A stretch of 25,425 bases of DNA, taken from positions 1 to 25,425 of the forward strand of contig CAWBVY010000011.1 in NCBI GenBank assembly GCA_963792415.1, given 5' to 3'. Below are positions 16,095 through 25,425 of the stretch, piece by piece. The first letter of the stretch is position 1; each line of letters starts with the position of its first letter. The notes under the pieces are model-generated. The model was not told the origin of the DNA, did not search any database, and saw nothing but the letters and a program-made list of their open reading frames with translations. Position numbers and translations under genes: made by a program. This DNA is from Candidatus Deferrimicrobiaceae bacterium. Lineage in GTDB: Bacteria > Desulfobacterota > Deferrimicrobia > Deferrimicrobiales > Deferrimicrobiaceae.

Positions 16095-16187
16095 TATCGC
16101 CTCCGTCCCCTTCCGTCCGGTTTTCGTTCCGGACCGGGTAGCATGATTTTAATATATGTCGGGTCCTTCGGGTGCGAAGATGGAGCC

Positions 16188-16463
16188 GTGAAGCGGGGGA
16201 AGCGGGAAGTCATCTGGTGGGTGTACATGATCGCGTGCCGGGGCGGGAGGATCTACACCGGGACGGCGATCGACCCGAAGGCCCGGTACGAGGCGCACCG
16301 CGCCGGGAAGGGGGCCGCGTTCACGCGGGCGAACCCGCCGGTCGCGCTGCTGCGGTGCGCCCCCTTCGGGAGCCGCTCCGAGGCGTGCCGGGCGGAGGCG
16401 GCCCTCAAGAAAATGCCCCGCGGCAGGAAGCTCTCCTGGGCCGGGGAGCCGGCCGCTTCGTGA
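16188..16463 (+). CDS. GIY-YIG nuclease family protein (UPF0213/YhbQ-like)
   Basis: WVYMIACRGGRIYTGTAIDPKARYEAHRAGKGAAFTR...SRSEACRAEAALKK. Start uncertain (GTG 16188 or ATG 16143). Confidence 0.88.
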   Translation: MKRGKREVIWWVYMIACRGGRIYTGTAIDPKARYEAHRAGKGAAFTRANPPVALLRCAPFGSRSEACRAEAALKKMPRGRKLSWAGEPAAS

Positions 16464-16518
16464 AACCCCACGCCGCCACGGTCACAGGGGGAGACCAACG
16501 GAGGCTCCGTCCGATCCG

Positions 16519-17433
16519 ATGAAAACGGTGCTGCTGCCCGCCGTCGACGCGAGGGAAGCCCGGAAAGGCGCGTGGTCCGGCTTTCTCGCCTACGGTCTCT
16601 GGGGGATCTTCCCGCTGTATTTCAAGGCCGTCGCCGAGGTCCCGGCGCTGGAAGTACTGTTCCACCGGGTCCTCTCGTCCTTCCTGGTCCTCGTCGTCCT
16701 GATGGCGGTCACCCGCAGGGTCGCTGAAATCCGGACCATCCTCGCGGATCGACGAACCGCCCTGATGCTCCTCGGCTCGACCTTGCTGATCGCGACGAAC
16801 TGGCTCCTCTTCATCACCTCCGTGAACACGGGTCGGGTCATCGAGTCGAGCCTGGGGTACTTCATCAATCCGCTGGTGAACGTCCTGCTGGGAACCCTGT
16901 TCCTGTCGGAGCGGCTCCGCGGACCGCAGCGCGCCAGCCTCCTCCTCGCGGGGGCCGGTGTCGCGCTCCTCGTGGGCCTGCACGGGGAGGTGCCGTGGAT
17001 CTCCGTGGCGCTGGCGGTGACCTTCGCCTTCTACGCGCTGCTCCGGAAACTGGCCCCGGTGGAGTCGCTCGCGGGGCTGACCTTCGAGACGGGGATCCTC
17101 GCGCCGGCGGCGCTCTGCTATATCGTCTGGGGAGCCGTTTCGGGGAACGGGTCGTTCCTGACGGGCACGGTCCGGCTCGACCGGCTCCTGCCGCTCGCGG
17201 GGATCATCACGGCGGTACCGCTCCTCCTGTTCGGCGTGGCGGCCCGCAGGGTTCGGTTGACGACCCTCGGATTCCTTCAGTATGTCACGCCCACCGGGCA
17301 CTTCCTTCTGGCGGTGTTCGCCTTCGGGGAACCTTTCGGCAGGGGGGATCTGGCCGCGTTCCTGCTGATCTGGGGCGGGCTCGCGATCTACACCGTCGAC
17401 GCGGTGCGCCAGCACGGGGAGTCCGACGCCTGA
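16519..17433 (+). CDS. rarD: EamA/DMT family transporter RarD
   Basis: About 10 TMs; AYGLWGIFPLYFK, ESSLGYFINPLVNVLLG, LGFLQYVTPT, FGEPF. Confidence 0.95.
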   Translation: MKTVLLPAVDAREARKGAWSGFLAYGLWGIFPLYFKAVAEVPALEVLFHRVLSSFLVLVVLMAVTRRVAEIRTILADRRTALMLLGSTLLIATNWLLFITSVNTGRVIESSLGYFINPLVNVLLGTLFLSERLRGPQRASLLLAGAGVALLVGLHGEVPWISVALAVTFAFYALLRKLAPVESLAGLTFETGILAPAALCYIVWGAVSGNGSFLTGTVRLDRLLPLAGIITAVPLLLFGVAARRVRLTTLGFLQYVTPTGHFLLAVFAFGEPFGRGDLAAFLLIWGGLAIYTVDAVRQHGESDA

Positions 17434-17446
17434 GGCGGCCTCCCCG

Positions 17447-18750
17447 TCACTTCCGGCCCCACCAGCTTTTGAGGCGGTCGGCGATCACCTTTTCGTGCCC
17501 CGCCTCCGACGGCTCGTAATACTTCCGGCGGCCGAGCGTCTCGGGGAAGTAGTTCTCCGGGACGAAGCCGTCGGCGAAGTCGTGCGGGTACTTGTACTCC
17601 TTCCCGTACCCGAGATCCTTCATCATCCGGGTGGGGGCGTTCCGCAGGTGCAGCGGCACCGGCGCGGCCCCTCCGTTTCCGCGTCCCTCGTCGCCTTCCC
17701 CCAGGCGATGTAGACCCGGTTGCTCTTCGGGGCGGTCGCGAGGTAGACGGCCGCCTGCGCCAGCGCCAGCTCCCCCTCGGGGCTTCCGAGCCGCTCGTAC
17801 GTTTCCGCGGCCGCGACCGTGATCTGCAGCGCCCCCGGCGCGGCGTTGCCGATGTCCTCCGAGGCGAACCGGATCATCCTGCGGGCGACGTAGAGCGGGT
17901 CCTCCCCCGCGGAGAGCATCCGCGCCAGCCAGTAGAGGGCGGCGTCCGGGTCCGACCCCGCAGGCTCTTGTGGAGGGCGGAGATCAGGTTGTAATGCTCC
18001 TCCCCGTCCTTGTCGTACAGGAGCGCCTTCTTCCGGAGCGCCTCCTCCGCCGTCCCCACGTCGACTTCGGAAAGCCGCTGTGCTCCGCGATGGCGACCGC
18101 CGCCTCCAGCGCGTTCAGCGCCACCCGGGCGTCGCCGTCCGCCACCGCGACGATTGCCGCAGCGCCTCCGGGGCAAGGAACGGTCCGGTTCCCCAGCCCC
18201 CGGTCCGCGTCGGTCAGCGCCCGCCGGAGGATCGTCTCGAGGTCGGAAGGAGCAGCGGAGAAGGACGCAGCACGCGGCTGCGGGAAAGGAGCGCGTTCCG
18301 GATCTCGAAGGACGGGTTCTCGGTGGTCGTCCCGATCAGGGTGACGGTCCCTTCCTCGACGACGGCAGCAGCACGTCCTGCTGCGCCTTGTTGCACCGGT
18401 GGATCTCGTCGATGAAGAGGATCGCAGGACGGGCGCCGCCGGACCCGCGCCGGCGCGCGTCCGCGAAAGATCGGCCAGCGCCTCGCGGATCTCCTTGATC
18501 CCGGAGAGGACGGCGGAGACGGAAGAAGACGAGCGTCCGTTTCCGCCGCGAGGATCCGGGCGAGCGTCGTCTTCCCGGAGCCCGGCGGTCCCCAGAAGAT
18601 CGACGAGGGAGGCGGGCGACGCGGAGAGGATCGAGGAGAGGGAACCTCCCTCCCCCAGCAGATCCTCCTGCCCGACGAAGTCGGAGAGGGTGGCGCGGAC
18701 GCATGCGGTCGGCGAGGGGTCGCGCATTTCCTGTTTACGATTTCCTTCAT
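17447..18750 (-). CDS. rarA: Replication-associated recombination protein A (MgsA/RarA AAA+ ATPase), multiple frameshifts probably from sequencing error
   Basis: Motifs are collinear across frames: [25 protein letters not shown], [16 protein letters not shown], [81 protein letters not shown]. Start approximate (18727-18750). Confidence 0.9.
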
Positions 18751-18789
18751 TTCGACTATTATGCCTTATGGAGGGGCCGGATCGCTGCG

Positions 18790-20227
18790 ATGGGGGAGAA
18801 CAGGAAGACCCGCGTCCTCTGGCGGCGCCGACGAGCTACCTCGGCGGCGGCTGATGCGCAAGCTGATCGAGAGGCCGGAGATCCGCCTACCGGGTCCTCG
18901 TGGCGGACCGCGGCCTCGGCGGACCCCGGGGCCGCCCGGCGGAGATCGTCGAGGGGGACGTCTTCGACGACGGGGTCCTTCGGCGCGCCGCCGAAGGGAT
19001 GACGCGGCGTCTTCCCCGTGCGGTTCGTCGGCACCGACCCGGAGCCCGACCGGCATCTGAAGGTCTTGGCCGGGAAATTCCGCGAGGCGTGCGTCGCCGA
19101 GGGCGTCGGGAGGTACATCTTCCTCGGGGTGTTCACGAGGAAGGATCCGCGGAACGACCCCATCCAGGCGATGATCGACACCGGTGAGATCCTCAGCGCC
19201 CGGACGGTTCCGGATCGACGGTGTGGCTGCGGGCCGCTTCATCCTCGGTCCAGCAGCCTCCTCTTCGAGGTGCTGAGCGACCTGGCCCAGAAGCTTCCGT
19301 CTTCCCACCCCCCGGTGGTGGAGACGAGAATCTCCACGATCGGCGCGGGGGATCTGCAGGAGTACCTCGTCCAGGTCGATCACCATCCCCCTTTCCGGCG
19401 ATCTCGAGGTGGAGATCAGCCTCCCCCCGCGCGCCTGCGGGATATGCTGCCACCACCCCCGCGTCATCGGACTCCCCGGTGTTCCTCCCCCTGCCGTTCG
19501 ACACGATGCGGCTGTCGCCCCCGTGCTCATGCTGCTCACCCCCTTTTCCACCCCCCTTCCGCGATGTTCCCTCCGGATCGTCGATGCCGCGGGGAAGGTC
19601 CCATGCGGACATCCCGCAGGAGAACACACAGCGCCACTCCCCGGGTCGGCCCGGCGACCTCGAGGAGGCGTATCGCGGGCGGTCGAGGCGATCGGACAGG
19701 AGGAGATGGTGGCCGGTGGACCGACAGCAGTCGACCCGGTCGCCGCTCCGGGGCGGAGGAGGAGGGGATGCTCCAGCTCCAGTTGCAGGACGTTGCCGGG
19801 AGAGTTTCGGAAGCCGTCCCCCCGGAAAAGATGTTCCGTGGGTGGAGTCGATCGGGGGAAGAGGAAGGGCTGGTTCCACTCAATTTCCTCTGGCGGATCC
19901 GCGGCACGATGGACAGACTTGTCGGAGGATACGGCGTGTCTGTCGGGCGGAGAACGGACGAGGACCTGCGGGTCGGCGACATCCTCGACATCTGAGGGTG
20001 ATCGACCTCCGGAGGGGAAGCACCTTCTCCTGAAGGCGCAGATGGACGATGGGGGGGGAGGCGTCGCTCGAGTTCCGGTCGAGGGGAAGCACGCTCGTGC
20101 AGACCACGTACCATTACCCGAAAGGGCTGGTGGGGCAGGCTCTCTTCGTACTCCATGGTCCCGTTCCACGCCTTCATCTTCCGGACATGATCCGCACATC
20201 GTCCGGCGGGCGGAGAGGATGGAGTGA
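18790..20227 (+). CDS. YbjT-like NAD(P)-binding SDR/epimerase with C-terminal DUF2867 domain, multiple frameshifts
   Basis: Fragments in shifting frames: MGENRKTRVL, TSYLGGxLMRKL, EIVEGDVFD, ACVAEGVGRYIFLG, FLWRIRGTMDRLVGG, LRVGDILDI(W)RV, LLLKAQM, GEASLEF, LVQTTYHYPKGLVG, SMVPFHAFIF; ends IVRRAERME-TGA 20227. Confidence 0.75.
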
Positions 20228-21105
20228 CGCTTTCCCTTCCCTTCGATCGGTTTTCCTGTTCCCCGATGAAGTACGCCGGATCATCGCCGAACGTATCGAC
20301 CCGCAGCCGATCGATCGTTTCGGATCTTTGCCGGTCGCTGGAGGAGCGCGGGAAGGGCGTCGTCCTCGACCGCGAGACGGGGGCCCTGATCGGCCGCCAG
20401 GACTCCGTCGTCCGCTCGGAGATCCCCGAGCTCTGCGGCTTCCTGATCGTGATCGGCGGGGACAGCACGCTCCTCTCGCCGCGCGCGTCGTGGGGACCAG
20501 CGGGAGCCGATCCTCGGTGGTCACATCGGGTCGCTCGGCTTCATGACGCGGTCACCCTCGACGAGATCTACCCCGCGCTGGAGCGGATTTCCGGAGGCGA
20601 GTTCGAGTTCGAAGAGCGGATGATGCTCGTCGCGCACGTCCACCACCTGGGCGAGCGGGTCGCCGACTACACGGTGCTGAACAACGTGGTGGTGGACGGG
20701 GTCGCTCGCCAAGATGATCGACATCAGGGTGACGGTGGGCGAGCGGCTCCTCTCCACCTTCAAGGCGGACAGGCTCATCGTCAGCCCACGGTCCGCCGGC
20801 TACTCCCTCGCCGCGCAGGGGCCGATGATCCATCCCACCATGAAGACGATCCTCGTCGCCCCGATCTCCCCCACACCCTGACGTTCCGCCCCCTGGTCGT
20901 GCCCGACGGGCTGGTCGTCCGCTCGGAGCTACCTGTCGAAGGATCGGACGTCTTCCTGACCCTCGACAACAGGTGGGGTTCGGGCTGCGCAGGGGGACGT
21001 GGTCGAGGTGAGGAAGGCCGACGCTCTCGCTCCGGTTCTTCCGCTCGCCCTTCCGGGAGCTATTCGCCGGTCCTGCGCACCAAGTTGAAGTGGGGAGGGC
21101 GGTCA
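20224..21105 (+). CDS. nadK: NAD+ kinase, multiple frameshifts probably from sequencing error
   Basis: GTGA overlap with the previous stop. LIVIGGDSTLL (GGDGT-like), GSLGFM, VLNNVVV, TFKADxLIV, YSLAAQGPMIHP, PISPHTLTFRPLVVP, LTLD, VLRTKLKWG; directly upstream of recN, a conserved arrangement. End approximate: TCA at 21103-21105 sits where a stop is expected. Confidence 0.88.
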
Positions 21106-21118
21106 TCGTCGCCCCGCG

Positions 21119-22794
21119 ATGCTGATCAGCTCACCGTCCGCAACCTGGCCATCTTCGAGGACGTCCGCGTCCCCTTCTCCGCGGGCCTGAACGTGGTACG
21201 GCGGGAGACGGGCGCGGGGAAGTCCCTACCTGGTCGAGGCGATCCGCCTCGCGCTTGGCGAGAGGCCGTCCGGTGGCGGTGCGCACGGGGATGCCCGAGG
21301 CGGAGGTGACCGCACTGTTCGACCTTTCCCGCCGCGACAAGCTCCACGACGCGCTGGAGGAGGCGGGGCTGCCGTGGGCGGAGGAGGTCGTCTGCGGCGC
21401 GTCCTGCCACCGCCGGCCGCAGCCGCGCCTACCTGAACAGGAGCCCGTCGCCCACCCGCGCTGGCGGCGCTCTCCCCGCTTCTCCTCACGATGGTCGGGC
21501 AGCACAGCGTCCCGGAGCTTCTCTCCCGCGCCGCGGCGCTGTCGTCCGTCGACGACTTCGCCGGCGCGGGAGCGCTCTCCTCGGAGATGCGGAAACGGTA
21601 TCGCCGCGTGGCGGCGCTGCGCCGGCAGGCCGCGGAGGCCGCGGAGCGCGGGGCCGGCGCCCGGAGCCGGACGGAGACCCTCGATTTCGAGATCGGGGAG
21701 CTGTCGAAGGCGGCGCTCGTCCCAGGCGAGGAGGAGGAGCTCGCCGCGGACCTTTCGCTGCTGCGCAACGCGGCGAAGGTGCGCGAGGCGCTCCACGCGG
21801 CGGACGACGCGATCGCGTCGTCGGAGAGCGCCGCGCTCGCCTCGATGGCGTTCGCCCTCGCGCGCCTGCGGGAGGCCGGCCGCGGTCGACCCGCGGATCG
21901 TGGAAACCGCCGAGCGGCTCCGCTCCGCCCGCGAGGAGATGCAGGACCTCTCCCGGGAGCTCGGATCCGCCGCGGCCCGGGTGACGGAGGATCCCGAGCG
22001 CCGCGAGCGCGTCGAGGAGCGGCTGAGCGCGATCCGCCGCCTCAAGCGGAAGTACGGCAAGGAGGTCCCCGAGCTCCTCTCCCACCTCGATCTCCTCCGG
22101 TCGGAGCGCGCGTCGCTGGCCGGGGCCCTCGAGGAGGAGGCGCGGCTGCGAAAGGAGCTCGCCGTCGAGGAGGAGGGCGGGGTCGCGGCGGCGGTGAAGC
22201 TCTCCGCGACGCGCCGGAAGGCGGCGGCCTTGATGGGGCCGGCGGTGGTGAAGGAGCTCGCGCGGGTCGCCCTCGCCGGGGCGCGTTTCCGCGCCGAGGT
22301 TTCCTCCCGCGATGCGGTCCCCGCGGCGCTTTCGGCGTCGGGGTTCGACGAGGCGGAGTTGCTCTTCTCGGCGAACCCGGGCCAGGAGCTTCGGCCGCTC
22401 GCGCAGACCGCCTCGGGCGGGGAGCTGTCGCGCGTGATGCTGTCCCTGCGGAACGCCGCCTCCCGGGGGGGCGCCGGAAAGACGCTCGTGTTCGACGAGA
22501 TCGGCGCCGGGGATCGGGGGGCAGGTGGCCGAGCGCGTCGGGGCGCGGCTGAAAAGCCTCTCGGCCTCCGCGCAGGTCGTCTGCGTCACGCACCTGCCGC
22601 AGGTCGCGGCGTTCGCCGACCACCACCTGCAGGTGGTGAAGAAGGCGGCGTCCGGGACGGTCGCCACCGGCGTGAAACCGCTGTCGAAACAGGATAGGAT
22701 AGGGGAATTGGCCCGGATGATCTCCGGCGCGGAGATCACCGAGAAAGCGAAGGCGCACGCGAAGACGCTCATCGAGAAGGCGGCGGGGGAATGA
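21119..22794 (+). CDS. recN: DNA repair protein RecN, multiple frameshifts probably from sequencing error
   Basis: ML(D)QLTVRNLAIFEDV, Walker A ETGAGKS, GQHS, coiled coil, FSANPGQELRPLAQTASGGELSRVML, LVFDEI, VCVTHLPQVAAFADHH, ELARMISG. Confidence 0.93.
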
Positions 22795-23261
22795 TCCGGA
22801 AGGCGAGGATGGCGGACGTCAAGGCGATCCACGGGCTGATCGCCGAATACGCCCGGAAGGGCGACATGCTGCCGCGGGCCCTCGCCGACATCTACGAAAA
22901 CCTGCGGGACTACTTCGTCTACCTGGGGGACGACGGGGAACTGGTGGGCTCCGCGGCGATCCACATCATGTGGGAGGACCTGGCCGAGGTGCGCTCCCTC
23001 GCCGTGCGCGAGGAGCGGATGCGCCGCGGCGTCGGGACGCAGCTGGTGGAGGCGTGCATCTCCGAGGCGATCGTGCTCGGGATCGCGCGCGTCTTCGCGC
23101 TGACGTACAAGCCGGAGTTCTTCGAGAAGCTCGGGTTCCGCGTCGTGGAAAAGTCGGAGCTCCCCCAGAAGATCTGGGCCGACTGCCTGAAGTGCTCGAA
23201 GTTCCCCGACTGCGACGAGGTGGCGCTGGTCGCCGACTTCTCCGGGAGGCGGCGTGGCTGA
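22791..23261 (+). CDS. argA: GNAT acetyltransferase, short N-acetylglutamate synthase (ArgA-like)
   Basis: MIRKARMADVKAIHGLI...MLPR...IYENLRDY, WEDLAEVRSLAV, RRGVGTQLV, VFALTY, LPQKIWADCLKC; ATGA overlap with recN. Confidence 0.8.
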   Translation: MIRKARMADVKAIHGLIAEYARKGDMLPRALADIYENLRDYFVYLGDDGELVGSAAIHIMWEDLAEVRSLAVREERMRRGVGTQLVEACISEAIVLGIARVFALTYKPEFFEKLGFRVVEKSELPQKIWADCLKCSKFPDCDEVALVADFSGRRRG

Positions 23262-24588
23262 CCCCGGGTTCGACACCATCCTGCGCGAGGTGGCGGTTCG
23301 GGGGGGGGGCGACGCCGAGCTGTGCGTGACCCGGACGCGGGATCGCCGGTACGAGGCGCGCGAGGGGAGGCTCGACGGGATCGCGCTCGCGGACACCGTG
23401 GCCTTCGGGCTGCGCGTCTTTCGCGACGGGCGGATGGGGTTCTCCTACGGGTTCCGGGGCGACGCCGCCGACCTCGCCCGGATGGTGGAGGAGGCGCTCT
23501 TCTGCGCGGACGCCTCCGACCCGGATCCCGCGTACGGCCTGCCGGACGCGGCGGGGCCGGCGGCGGACCTCCCGTTGTACGACCCCTCCGTCGAAACGGT
23601 TCCGGAAGAGGAGAAGGGGGAGTTCGCCCGCATCCTCGAGGCGCGCTCCCTCGCATGGGATCCCCGGGTGAAGCGCGTGCGCGCGGCGGCGCTGAGCGAG
23701 ACGGTCGCCACCGTGTCCCTGTTCCACTCCCGGGGGTTCGCGGCGACGCGGCGGGAGTCCCTCTGCGCGGCGCACGTGGAGACGGTGGTCGAGGAGAACG
23801 GCGACGCCCAGACCGGGTATGGGTTCGGCGTCGCCCGGTCGCTGCGGGGGCTGAACGCGGCCGCGATCGCCGAGGAGGGCGCGACCCGGGCGCTCCGGAT
23901 GCTCGGGGCGGTTCCGCCCGAAGACCGGGGAGTACAAGGTCGTCCTCGAAAGCGGCGCGGCGGCGGAGCTGCTCGACGTCCTGATCCCGTCGTTCCTCTC
24001 CTCCCAGGTCGCCAAGGGGAAGTCGATGTTCGCCGGGAAGGTCGGCGGGAAGGTCGCGTCGGGGGCGGTCACGATCGAGGACGACCCGCTGGATCCGGGC
24101 GGGTCGGGCGCGGAGCCGTTCGACGCGGAGGGGACGCCGACGCGGCGGCGGGAGCTGATCGCGAAGGGGGAGCTGCGCGGGTTTCTCGCGGACACGTTCT
24201 GGGGCAGGAGAATCGAGACGGAACGACCGGCGCCTGCCGCCGTCCGGGGCCGAAAGCGCCCCCCACGGTAGGGATCTCCAACCTGCGCATCGCCCCCGGG
24301 GCGCATTCGCCGTCCGCGCTGTTCGAGGCGGCGGGGGACGGCATCCTCCTCACGGAGTTCCTCGGGATCCACACGGCGGACCCGGTGTCGGGGGATTTCT
24401 CGGTGGGGGCGTCCGGGATCCGCATCGCGGGCGGGGCGCCGGCCGGGCCGCTGCACGGGTTCGCCGTCTCGGGAAACATCCTCGGCCTGCTGGAAAAGGT
24501 CGAGGCGGCGGGTTCCGATTTCCGGTGGTTCGGCAACGTCGGCGCCCCTTCCCTGCTGGTGCGCGCGATCTCCGTGGGAGGGGATTGA
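23254..24588 (+). CDS. pmbA: TldD/PmbA family protein, PmbA(TldE)-like; central third lies in another frame between two compensating indels
   Basis: FGLRVFRDGRMGFSY at the N-terminus. The middle reads KTGEYKVVLE...KGKSMFAGKVG...TIEDDP...PFDAEGTPT...GELRGFL in the +1 frame (23920-24220). C-terminus has GISNL, DPVSGDFSVGASG, VSGNILGLL, GAPSLLV. No HExxxH, so PmbA rather than TldD. Confidence 0.85.
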   Translation: MADPGFDTILREVAVRGGGDAELCVTRTRDRRYEAREGRLDGIALADTVAFGLRVFRDGRMGFSYGFRGDAADLARMVEEALFCADASDPDPAYGLPDAAGPAADLPLYDPSVETVPEEEKGEFARILEARSLAWDPRVKRVRAAALSETVATVSLFHSRGFAATRRESLCAAHVETVVEENGDAQTGYGFGVARSLRGLNAAAIAEEGATRALRMLGAVPPEDRGVQGRPRKRRGGGAARRPDPVVPLLPGRQGEVDVRREGRREGRVGGGHDRGRPAGSGRVGRGAVRRGGDADAAAGADREGGAARVSRGHVLGQENRDGTTGACRRPGPKAPPTVGISNLRIAPGAHSPSALFEAAGDGILLTEFLGIHTADPVSGDFSVGASGIRIAGGAPAGPLHGFAVSGNILGLLEKVEAAGSDFRWFGNVGAPSLLVRAISVGGD

Positions 24589-24592
24589 CCGC

Positions 24593-25306
24593 ATGCCGAA
24601 GCCGCCGCTCTTCATCTTCGACCTCGACGACACGCTCTACCCGCCGGAAGTGACCCTGTGGCGGATCGTCGACGCGCGGATCGAGGAGTACGTCCGCAGG
24701 AAGCTCGAGACCGACCCCGAGACGGCCCGCCGGGTGCGGAAGTCGTACCTCGCCGAGTTCGGGACGACGCTTCGGGGATTGATGCACCACCACGGCGTCT
24801 CCCCCGGCGACTACCTCGCGTTCGTCCACGACGTGCCGATTCCGGAGATCGTCCCCCCGCGGCCGGAGCTGCGGGAGATGCTCTCGGGCCTCCCCGGAAA
24901 GTGCATCGTGTTCACCAACGGATCGGAGGACTACGCCCGCCGGGTGCTCGACGCGCTGGGCGTGGCCGAAATGATGGAAGGGATCTACGGGATCGAATTC
25001 ATGGAATACATCGCCAAGCCGTCGCCCTACCCGTACGCGAAGCTGCTGCGGGTGACGGGAGCCCGCGGTGAGGATTCCCTGTTCTGCGAGGACATCAGCA
25101 AGAACCTGCTGCCCGCGCGCGAGCTGGGGATGTTCACCGTGTGGGTGGGAGGGAACGAAGGAGTCCCCGGCGCACGCCGTCGTGAAAGACGTGTGCGACC
25201 TGCCGGGCGTGCTCCACGGTTTCCCCCCCATGTCCGGTGGGACGGCGGCGCGGCCCGAGGGGCGCCCGGAAACGGCGCGGCCCGGAAAGCGAGAGGAACG
25301 GAATGA
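24593..25306 (+). CDS. HAD-superfamily pyrimidine 5'-nucleotidase-like hydrolase; C-terminal end uncertain
   Basis: Motif I FDLDDTLYP, FGTTLRGL, motif II VFTNG, motif III KP, motif IV FCEDISKNLLPARELGMFTVWV. The expected tail AHAVVKDVCDL appears in another frame after ~25160. Confidence 0.88.
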   Translation: MPKPPLFIFDLDDTLYPPEVTLWRIVDARIEEYVRRKLETDPETARRVRKSYLAEFGTTLRGLMHHHGVSPGDYLAFVHDVPIPEIVPPRPELREMLSGLPGKCIVFTNGSEDYARRVLDALGVAEMMEGIYGIEFMEYIAKPSPYPYAKLLRVTGARGEDSLFCEDISKNLLPARELGMFTVWVGGNEGVPGARRRERRVRPAGRAPRFPPHVRWDGGAARGAPGNGAARKARGTE

Positions 25307-25425
25307 CGGAAGGAAAACCGAAACGAAGCTACTGGCGGCGCGGACCCCGGAAGAAGAAGGCGGCGGGGGACGCGGCCGGAACCGACGCGGCGACCCCGCA
25401 GGTCACCGAAGGGGAGGAGCCGGCG
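25303..25425 (+). CDS. 5' fragment of the next gene (basic, low-complexity N-terminus), product unknown
   Basis: SD-like GAGAGGA, ATGA overlap with the previous stop; MTEGKPKRSYWRRGPRKKKAAGDAAG... stays open to the window end. Confidence 0.5.
   Translation, partial: MTEGKPKRSYWRRGPRKKKAAGDAAGTDAATPQVTEGEEPA

Noticed and set aside
16188-16463. GIY-YIG protein as a homing endonuclease or mobile element
   Set aside because: It is a stand-alone ~90-aa UPF0213-type protein with no DNA-binding extension, intron or flanking repeats.
16519-18750. rarD next to rarA as a functional pair
   Set aside because: The name similarity is coincidental: unrelated families in convergent orientation.
19993-19995. 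In-frame TGA in the YbjT-like gene as possible selenocysteine or Trp recoding
   Set aside because: Adding one G gives ATC TGG AGG GTG ATC GAC (IWRVID), restoring the frame. It is an indel, and other genes here use TGA as a normal stop.
20224-21309. NadK-RecN fusion suggested by the ORF track
   Set aside because: It lies in the error-dense zone. TCA at 21103-21105 sits where a stop is expected, and recN has its own ATG at 21119 with a 1-nt deletion right after it.
1-25425. CRISPR array, tRNA, rRNA, IS or integrase
   Set aside because: No regularly spaced repeats, cloverleaf or rRNA-like segments, or transposase/recombinase motifs were seen by eye; dedicated scans were not run.

Overview
GC-rich bacterial DNA, probably from a Deltaproteobacteria-like lineage (inferred from gene content only). 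The left part (1-11.6 kb) is a copper/silver-handling island. It holds a 5'-truncated Met-rich beta-repeat protein, a divergent class II (c'-like) cytochrome c and two sigma54-type promoters. The first promoter precedes an unannotated 42-aa lipoprotein-like ORF and a non-canonical PII protein. The second precedes one long apparent operon: DUF2318 Cys-rich protein, MacB/FtsX-type ABC permease with a CxxC motif, ABC ATPase, small Cys-Cys membrane protein, CusC, CusB, CusA and a Met/His-rich periplasmic protein. The right part (11.7-25.4 kb) is housekeeping: 4-OT tautomerase, class I fumarase, DUF2207 plus lemA, GIY-YIG nuclease, rarD, rarA, YbjT-like SDR, nadK, recN, ArgA-like GNAT, pmbA, HAD nucleotidase and the start of one more gene. 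From about 17.65 to 22.5 kb (sporadically elsewhere) genes carry many 1-nt indels that look like long-read consensus errors rather than pseudogenisation. No rRNA, tRNA, CRISPR array, integrase or transposase was seen. The best candidate for an undescribed system is the sigma54-controlled DUF2318/CxxC-ABC/Cys-Cys module co-operonic with CusCBA, together with its PII and Met-rich satellite genes.
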